Assembly: GCA_051294375.1 (NCBI GenBank)
Contig: JBJCIZ010001302.1
Span: 1 to 7,684, forward strand
DNA from: Paraspadella gotoi
Lineage: Eukaryota > Animalia > Chaetognatha
Length of the DNA stretch: 7,684 bases
Direction of reading: 5' to 3'
The notes under the pieces were generated by a model that saw nothing but the letters and a program-made list of their open reading frames with translations, was not told where the DNA came from and did not search any database. The translations under genes and the position numbers were made by a program. Below, piece after piece: positions 1-6,232 of this stretch; the first letter of the stretch is position 1, and each line of letters opens with the position of its first letter.

Positions 1-55
1 AAAAAAGAGAAGAGAAATCCGATTCAAATTTCGAAATATTTCTTCTTTTTTTCAG

Positions 56-153
56 AATTTTGTTGGAAATTTCGAAGTCTGTCTTCGATTCCGATAAAAA
101 GGAGAGATGTAGAGCGCTACGATGTCCTTAATGGATGTATTTTACATCGTTTT
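56..153 (+). CDS. Candidate penultimate exon of the TMEM272-like gene (needs one frameshift near 113-125)
   Basis: Strong acceptor ttcttcttttttcag ends at 55. The frame from 57 reads ILLEISKSVFDSDKKERCRA and the frame from 122 reads MSLMDVFYIV. A phase-2 join to 425 gives SLMDVFYIVLFIAGSAW, resembling the TMEM272-like S-L-x-x-x-F-x-x-x-W-F-I-A-G pattern. The donor is uncertain (GTCGAT at 154 is weak; GTATGA at 178 is an alternative). Confidence 0.4.
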
Positions 154-229
154 GTCGATGAAAATACGTACGGTTATGTATGAAGGGTGTTTATGATGAT
201 GACGAATCAAAGAGGGGATAAGTAACTAA

Positions 230-300
230 AAAGAAATAGAGAGAGAGAGAGAGAGAGGAAAGAGAGAAGAGAGAAAGAGAATGAAAGGTGAAGAAGAACA
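230..300. repeat. GA-rich low-complexity tract (intronic)
   Basis: (GA)n core at ~238-257 within an almost purine-only stretch. Confidence 0.8.
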
Positions 301-424
301 GTGCCACAGATAGGTGTTGGCCAGTTGACTGAGCCATAATTTAGATTTATTTGATTTATTGGAAAAGGAAAAGCAAAGTAAATGCTTGCGTCAAATTGCT
401 TGCTTCTCCTCCACCTCCCCATAG

Positions 425-602
425 GTTCATCGCGGGCAGTGCTTGGGTCTACGGAATTTTCTATCCTGATCACCAAGATTGTAATTTGACTTTGTACAAC
501 TTTTCTTTCGGCCTAATAACGTTCGTCTACGTGGCGTCGCTGTTGGCTTTGCTTTGTGGCGCTGCCCTCGTCATTTACGCCAACAAATTCGTACTGAAAT
601 GA
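425..602 (+). CDS. Terminal exon of a TMEM272-like transmembrane protein (gene starts upstream of the window)
   Basis: Pyrimidine tract and acceptor ctccccatag end at 424. The exon reads FIAGSAWVYGIFYPDHQDCNLTLYNFSFGLITFVYVASLLALLCGAALVIYANKFVLK* (TGA 600-602). This matches the recalled TMEM272-family pattern (W)FIxGxxWVYxIYxP...CNxTLYxFxFxLIT followed by a TM helix. Confidence 0.8.
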
Positions 603-1080
603 CGTTGCGTCACTGTTGCTACGCCCCCTTTCCGCCGCTCTATTTTGACGTTGTCTTCTTTGTTTTAAAATGGCTCGTTCTCACGTCAGTTTTATATGGA
701 TTATAGAAAATCGAAATTTTACATTAACCGACCGGAATTATTTTATTTAAATTTTGTTTTAAATTTTCAAATTTTCAAATTTGATTTTATTAACATTTAA
801 AAAAAAAAGTTGCAGTCCGTTAATGTTTCAATTTGGCCAAAAAGGATTTTTGTTTATAAAATACTTTTATAAAAAAAACTTTTCTATAAAATCAATTGTT
901 ATAAATTCGCGAACGAAAAACACGAACACGAACGTAGAAAAATGAATTTAAAATGAATGATTTGTTATTGAAAATAACTTTTGTTACAAATGTCATGTGA
1001 CCTGTTGTGTATTTTAAATATTTATCAAAACATATGGATTTAATAGAATTGTTTATTTTTATGGAATCTTTTCTGAAAAA

Positions 1081-1084
<4 letters not shown>

Positions 1085-1140
<56 letters not shown>

Positions 1141-1141
1141 C
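1085..1141. repeat. (CT)n microsatellite
   Basis: About 26 perfect TC units followed by a short imperfect tail. Confidence 0.97.
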
Positions 1142-1255
1142 ATGTTTTGTGATCATTTATCACACAAAAGGTGAAATCAATATCCCCTTCCATTTCGTGA
1201 CGTAAACAAATTTTAGTGCAGATTCTGCATCTCGGGTCAATATTTGGTTAGTGAA

Positions 1256-1328
1256 AGAGAATAACAGAGACAGAGACGGAGAGAGAGAGAAAATGACAAC
1301 GACAGAGAGCGAGATAGGGAGAGAGAGC
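1256..1328. repeat. Degenerate (GA)n tract
   Basis: agagacagagacggagagagagaga...gagagcgagatagggagagagag. Confidence 0.7.
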
Positions 1329-1553
1329 TAACGGAAAAATGGCTGTCAGATTCGCCAAATGCTGAAATAATTGACAAAACATTGAGAAAGGTTTGACCAA
1401 TAAATACTTTTTTTGTTGAAATCTACGCGAAATATTTTATAATACTGGTGGCCTCATAGTGTTAACTGTAGTGGGAAACTGGGAACAATTTTTTTGTCGG
1501 GAAGGTGTAATAACAGATTAATGTAAACCGGTATATTTATATTTTTATAGAAT

Positions 1554-1623
1554 ACAGGGATTGAATCCCTGGACTTCCTATAACAACAGACTGATTCACA
1601 TCAGCATTACCATTAAGAGAGGC
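1554..1623 (-). mobile_element. Possible degenerate tRNA-derived (SINE-like) fragment
   Basis: The minus strand reads ...cttaatggtaatgc (A-box-like) ... gtccagggattcaatccctg (B-box/T-arm-like). There is a perfect 7-bp stem cagggat/atccctg at 1555-1571. No full cloverleaf or target-site duplication is visible. Confidence 0.25.
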
Positions 1624-1910
1624 TTTATAAGAATCGAATACTCTCACACTGACTATTAATGTATATTCGATTAGATCCTCGATCTTAACAGTTTTTTATT
1701 TTAATAGTTTAGTTATGCCCTTATTGAAGATTTTGTTTTGAGTTAGTGTCTGAGAGTGAGACCAAAAATACAAATTGGAACAATATCTATTTGTAGTTAT
1801 GTAGAGTATCATTGATGAGGAATTATAAACGGAAGCTTATTACATTCAATGAGGCTGCTTAGCTCGACTAAGTCGCCGTATCAGTTTCACGTAACCTACA
1901 GGATGAAGGC

Positions 1911-1958
1911 GTTCGTCGTCGTTTCGTCGTCGTGTCGTGTCGTGTGCGTCGTCGTCTC
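1911..1958. repeat. TCG/TGTCG low-complexity repeat
   Basis: gttcgtcgtcgtttcgtcgtcgtgtcgtgtcgtgtgcgtcgtcgtctc. Confidence 0.75.
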
Positions 1959-2284
1959 GGTAGAGCTCTTATATATATTTAGTCATCGCATGAATTTCCA
2001 AGAATTTTCTTTCCTCTGTTACTGTTCCGTTGGATGTTCAATTCAAAATAAAAGCGAGACGAAATAATACAATTCTTAAGCAATAATTTTAGATATTGTC
2101 AATTACCATTATTTTATTTAAGGGACAGATAGCGTTCTATCGCTTGGGTCTCACTTTTTTTCTCTTCCTAATCGAGTCTTTATTGATCGCTTTGCTCGCT
2201 TAATCAATCAGCTCCGAATCAAAAGCGTGCGCACATTATACAGCCGATCATACTCGCTTTTCAGAGTGATCACTGATCACTGAC

Positions 2285-2430
2285 TTTCTCAGCCCGATCG
2301 TGAGAAATGCTTTCGCCTTTCCCCACTTAATTCTTCGAATCGCTTCTTATATCACGGATCCAATCGCTTTAAAATCGTTCTACCCGATCGTCTTTAACAT
2401 CGTTCTCAGCCCGGATCGCTTAAAATCGGC
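2285..2430. repeat. Degenerate ~25-bp tandem repeat (consensus ~CCGATCGCTTTAAAATCGTTCTCAGC) just upstream of the XK-like start codon
   Basis: Three adjacent units lie at ~2360-2430. ttctcagcccgatcg (2286-2300) recurs as ttctcagcccggatcg (~2403-2418). More ATCG/TCGCTT words are scattered over 2138-2345. Confidence 0.6.
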
Positions 2431-2435
2431 ACATC

Positions 2436-2559
2436 ATGGCTCATGCACTTCCGCGCACGCCGCGTCTTGCCCGATCGACAAAATCCTCACGGACTGCGAG
2501 TTTACCACTTCTAGTTTCTTTGACTTTTTCACACGGAGCCGAGTCTACGGCTGTTTCTG
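2436..2559 (+). CDS. XK-like gene exon 1 (candidate)
   Basis: ATG in good context (acatcATGG) at 2436. It reads MAHALPRTPRL, shifts to PIDKILTDCEFTTSSFFDFFT, then to AVS-g|GTGAAT. A phase-1 join to 3128 gives AVSVYASS, resembling the XK first helix D-x-x-T-D-x-x-L-A-x-x-Y. Confidence 0.5.
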
Positions 2560-5500
2560 GTGAATAGAGCATTTCCTTTCCTCTCCCTCGTCTCGTCTCT
2601 GTCTCTCTCTCTCTCTCTCGCTCTCTCTCGTCTATTTTTCGGTAAAACCTTAATAATAATGAGAGTGAGAGAGAAGGGGAAGGGCAGTGCGAGATGGCAA
2701 GACCGCTGGGTGATATAGATTACATTATTGGCTTTCGTGAAATATTACACCTTTAACTACATTTAAAACGCGAGATTTTAAAATTGTGAAAAAGGGTATG
2801 ATTTAATGTAAGAGACAGGGATTGACTTGAACCAAAGTGCAATTTTAGAGAGAAATAGATATAGAGACGGTGTAATTTTTTGGACAGAATGAATTGGTAC
2901 AAAATCGATAAAATCTATACAAGGCAGTCCGAGCCAGGTCGTTAAATGGAGTATTTAATAAAACTTTAAATTCAGATATTTGAGATTTACAAAAAAAAAC
3001 AAAACAGGCCAGAGGCTCAACTCTTTTAACAAACCCGTTGTTTGTATCAAATAATCTTTGCTTTCTCTTCAAACATAAATTCCTAAAACTGGAACGGGTC
3101 TCCTCTCGCTCCCTCCCCTCTTAAAAGTTTACGCCTCCTCTCCCGCTCTCCGTGGTCCGGCTCCTCGCTCTCGTCTCTTCCTCGTCCTCCTCCTTCATTC
3201 CTCGTCTCCTCCCTCTACGACTCGCCAATCTCGTCGCCACGGAAAGCGATATCCCTCCTAGTGGGCGAGCCGCTTGAGACGCGCGGCGACGGTGGCGGCG
3301 CATCTGACCGGATTGGGAGGGTGGTCTATCATTTGACTATTTGGTCGAGTTTGTTGGAGGGAGAGGGGAGGAGAGGAAAGGAGGAAGGGAGAGAGAGGAA
3401 AGAGGAGAGAGAAGAGAAGGAAATAGAGAGAGGAGAGGAAGAAGAAATAAGAGGAGAGAGAGAAAGAAGAGGAGAGGATAGGAAGAGAAAGAGGAAAGAA
3501 AGGAAAGAAAAAGAATAAGAAAGACGACGACGACGAGGATTGGAAGCAACAACATCTCACTCGATGCAACTGATTCAAGCATTTTGCGAATCCCTGCCGC
3601 AATTTCTGTTGCAAACTGCAGCAATGTTTATCGCGGTGGACGAATGGAACGGAGCAGTGCATATTCTACTGTAAGTTTGTTTGAAGGAGGAAATTAGAAA
3701 AAGGGATGTTAAACATTAATATGTTCCTACTCCTCCTTCTCTCTCTTCTTCTTGATCTCTTACATTCTCTAATCCATTCTCATTTCTCAGGCTTTCCACA
3801 CCGACGAGCAGATTCACTCTTTCTCAGAATGCTGCCAACGCAGTCTCTCCTCCTCTTGCCTCCTCCTCCTCTCTCTATCGCCTCCCGTCCTTCCGCCTCG
3901 ATGCTCTTTCCTTGATTTCCGGTTTTCGTCAGAATCGCGCCTTGCGAATTTAGCGTTCCCATCAGAGGTGAGATGGGTTTCCCATCAGAGGTGAGAATGT
4001 CCCCATGATGTCATGAGGTGAGAATGGGTTCCATAGAGTGAAGAGATGAGTTCCCATAGAAGATGAGAAGTCTATCAAGTGAGAATGGTTCGCAACATCA
4101 GCAGTGAGAATTGGGTTCCCATCAGAAGGTGAGAATGTTTCATCAGAGAGATGGGTTCTCAGAGCTAGTCATGGTTAGAAGGGTTCCGAGGGAGATGGGT
4201 TACCATCGAGTTGAGAATGGGTTCCCATGAGCGTATACATGAGGTTAGAATGGGTCTATCGAGGTGAATGTTCATCAGCCTAGGTGAGAAGTAGGTTCCC
4301 AATCAAGGTGAGAATGGGTTTCCATTCGAGGAAGAATGGTAATCGAGGAAAAGTGTTCCTATCAGATGTGAGAAAAGGGTTCCATCAAATAAATCAATAA
4401 ATGATTGGGTATTTTTCTAAGAATTAGCCTTTTTCTGTTCATTTTATGTCTCATCATCTGCAACGCTCGAGCAAACCAAGGCACCAAGGGACGCTCGCGC
4501 TACCAATCTTTTGCAGTTGGCGCATCGAAGGATCCGCTGCGTCTTGCATCAGAGGCCCTTTGGGCGGGACGTTCTCCCCGATTGCGTGGGCCTTGCAGAT
4601 TTGGCGTTGGTGGATTGTTGATGCGGGGATAGAGGTGGAAGCGGTTTTGGAGGCGAAAAAAGATGGAAGCGGAGGCGAACGCGCATCATGGAGGCGATGA
4701 CGGAGGCGAACGCGAAATGGAAGGCGATAGCGGAAGCGAACGACGAAACCACGAGAGACAGAGAAGAATGAAAGGAGAGAAAGGAGAACAAGAAGGGAGA
4801 ACAAGGACAAGAAAAGGAGAACAAGGACAAAGAAAGGAGAACAAGGGACAAGAAGTGAGTCATCCTGCGAGTCGCCCTTTTCTCACCTTTCTCCCTCTCT
4901 CCTCGCCTCTCCATCTCTCATCTCCTCAACTCCTCCGTCTCCTCGGTCATCCTTCCTTCGCTTTCCTCAACGTCGTCGTCGGCCATTCGCTTTCTCCGGT
5001 CTACTTCGCCTCGTCCCTCCGTCCTCAAATCCGCCGCCTCTCTTCCTCCTCATTCCTTCCCTCGTGCGTCCTCTTCAGAGTCGCGACGGTAACCCGAGAC
5101 GTTGGTCTTCGTTTGGCGTCGGACGAAAGGATGTGCGACGAGGAAAAGGGTTGGAGGAAGGGGAGGAGATCGGGAAGTGGTGGAAGGCAAGTGTGGAGAT
5201 TGGGAAGTGTGGGGATGGGAATGTGTGGGAGTGGAGAGAGTATGTGGAAGTATGGGAATGAGTGGGAGTGGAATTAAGGAAGAAGTGGAATAGAAATGTG
5301 GGAGATTGGGAGTGAATGAGAAAGACACGCCGTTAGTGGGATATCAGCGCAGTTCATCTGTCCTCGGTCTCAACCCGGCGCTCTTTTTTCTACCGCGGCG
5401 TCGCCGCCATCTTCCGTTCATCTTCCTAATTTCGGGCGCCGAAATAAATTTTCGAATGAAGTTTCTCGAGTGATTCGCGCGACGTTTTATCCCCGACGCG

Positions 5501-6080
5501 ATCACGCACCTTTTTGGGCGTGACGCACTCACGAGGTGAGTGTGAAGGGAAGTTGGACCGGAAAGAATCCATTTGAAATAGTCCAAAACGGCAAAGATAC
5601 CTTATAAACATTTAATTTTTTGATAGAAAATAAAGTTTCTTTGTTAACAAACAAGATTATTTTATTGGAATGACATAAAAATCAATTGTCCCTTTTCTGA
5701 CATCTAATCGGGTACCTATAACTTCTCTTCTCTCTTCTCTCTCTCATTCTCTCTCTCTCTGACTCCCCTTCTCTCTCTCTCAGAATCCTATTCACGGAAA
5801 TTGGAGCAAATAGTTTATCTTAAACCCTGACGATATCTGGACTGGATGTGTTTTGAAGTGAAGTTGGGCTGACGAGTCCAATGGAAGGCGACATGAGGAG
5901 GAAATATCAAGAATTCAAGAGGTAAATTATGTTCCTGTCTGCTGTCTGTCTGTCTGTCATCTGACTGACGTTTCTATCTGGCATTCGTGTAGTGAGTTTC
6001 CTCCCTACGTAGTGTGGTTGAAACATCCTAAATCTCTCCTCTTAAGAATCAAAACTGTCCAAGTAGATGAACCAACATAG
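2436..6080 (+). CDS. XK-related (Xkr/CED-8 family) multi-pass membrane protein, multi-exon gene span, frameshifted in this sequence
   Basis: XK-family motifs occur in the expected order across GT-AG-bounded exons: FFDFFT..AVSVY; AAHLTGLG(R)VVY; MQLIQAFCESLPQFLLQ (family E-S-x-P-Q-x-x-L-Q signature); LSTxTSxFTLS; LSIASR..A..LF; ISLFLFILCLIICN..KGRSRY. Proposed introns are 2560-3127, 3671-3790, 3968-4421, 5536-5783 and 5922-5992. Linkage of the last two exons to this gene is inferred. Confidence 0.75.
2573..2633. repeat. Degenerate (CT)n tract in intron 1
   Basis: ttcctttcctctccctcgtctcgtctctgtctctctctctctctctcgctctctctcgtct. Confidence 0.85.
3128..3670 (+). CDS. XK-like gene exon 2 (carries the ESxPQ signature)
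   Basis: Acceptor ctccctcccctcttaaaag ends at 3127 and perfect donor GTAAGT starts at 3671. 3564-3670 reads MQLIQAFCESLPQFLLQTAAMFIAVDEWNGAVHIL. 3262-3317 reads WASRLRRAATVAAHLTGLG, and one missing G in a G-run links it to RVVYHLTIWSSLLEG. Confidence 0.8.
3356..3524 (+). repeat. Near-pure purine (A/G) tract inside exon 2, encoding an E/R/K/G-rich segment
   Basis: About 170 nt with no C and only a few T. It translates as EGEGRRGKEEGRERKEEREEKEIERGEEEEIRGERERRGEDRKRKRKERKEKE. Confidence 0.85.
3791..3967 (+). CDS. XK-like gene exon 3
   Basis: Acceptor catttctcag ends at 3790. The phase-2 join ct|g gives HILLLSTPTSRFTLSQNAANA, and another frame gives SLLLLPPPPLSIASRPSASMLF (XK-like 'ISSRxLAxxLF'). 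The first gag|GTGAGA donor is at 3968. Confidence 0.65.
3955..4387 (+). repeat. 22-23-bp minisatellite, ~20 degenerate copies, consensus GTTCCCATC(A)GAGGTGAGAATGG
   Basis: Units counted by eye, head-to-tail with no unique spacers. It fills most of proposed intron 3968-4421. Confidence 0.93.
4422..5535 (+). CDS. XK-like gene exon 4 region: last TM segments plus long low-complexity tail (may be split by an intron at 4855-5078)
   Basis: Acceptor tttttctaag ends at 4421. A phase-2 join gives RISLFLFILCLIICNARANQGTKGRSRY. The region ends ...DAITHLFGRDALT-ag|GTGAGT at 5536. Several frame switches are needed in between. Confidence 0.5.
4663..4748 (+). repeat. Three ~30-bp imperfect repeats, likely coding (MEAxxEANAx)
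   Basis: atggaagcggaggcgaacgcgcatc / atggaggcgatgacggaggcgaacgcgaa / atggaaggcgatagcggaagcgaacgacgaa. Confidence 0.7.
4783..4854 (+). repeat. Three to four ~20-21-bp repeats (ggagaacaaggacaagaaaa; GEQGQEK-like)
   Basis: ggagaacaag recurs at ~4783, 4796, 4816 and 4836. Confidence 0.8.
5148..5322 (+). repeat. Degenerate G-rich ~15-16-bp repeat (gggaagtgtggagatt-like)
   Basis: Recurrent gggaagtg/gtgggag/gagattggg words, and C is almost absent on the + strand. Confidence 0.6.
5722..5781. repeat. (CT)-rich tract serving as polypyrimidine tract
   Basis: cttctcttctctcttctctctctcattctctctctctctgactccccttctctctctctc lies directly before AG 5782-5783, with a ctgac branch-like motif at ~5759-5763. 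Confidence 0.85.
5784..5921 (+). CDS. Internal coding exon (probably XK-like gene exon 5)
   Basis: Strong acceptor before 5784 and ag|GTAAAT donor at 5922. With frame switches it reads ILFTE/LEQIVYLK/TLTISGLDVF/EVGLTSPMEGDMRRKYQEFK. Phase 2 at both ends matches the neighbouring exons. Confidence 0.55.
5993..6080 (+). CDS. Terminal coding exon (probably XK-like gene exon 6)
   Basis: 71-nt intron 5922-5992 with ctgac branch-like motifs and a tgtag acceptor. The phase-2 join is open with no correction: SEFPPYVVWLKHPKSLLLRIKTVQVDEPT* (TAG 6078-6080). Confidence 0.55.
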
Positions 6081-6232
6081 TACAAACCATAGTAATGTTT
6101 TAGTATAATTAGCAATATCCGCATGGAGCTAAATTTTACATTATTTAGTAAATTTAATACTCTGTAAAATGTTACATTTAAAAAATTTCGATATTTGTTT
6201 TGTCAATAATAATAATATTAAAGAGACTACGT

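Noticed and set aside
351-424. N-terminus of ORF 351-602 (MIYWKRK...PPPPHR)
   Set aside because: It starts at TTG and covers the polypyrimidine tract and acceptor, so it is intronic. Family similarity begins at 425.
1849-2067. ORF 1849-2067 (also 207-476 and 2845-3072) as genes
   Set aside because: Short, driven by microsatellite or AT-rich sequence, with no recognisable motif or supporting splice structure.
3121-3662. Minus-strand ORFs 3121-3303, 3258-3662 and 3337-3624
   Set aside because: They are antisense shadows of XK-like exon 2. Their F/L/S-rich 'TM' stretches are just the complement of the purine tract.
3955-4387. CRISPR array
   Set aside because: Units are head-to-tail with no unique spacers, there are no cas genes, and the context is a spliceosomal intron.
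5148-5322. Interstitial telomeric repeat
   Set aside because: G-rich but lacks a regular TTAGGG/TTAGG-type unit.
4454-5611. Minus-strand ORFs in 4454-5611
   Set aside because: Low-complexity shadows with no motif or splice support; the splice signals here are on the + strand.
6057-6071. Caspase-3 cleavage site (VQVD|E) analogous to the Xkr8 C-terminal site
   Set aside because: It lacks P4 Asp, has an unfavourable Glu at P1', and cleavage would remove only three residues.
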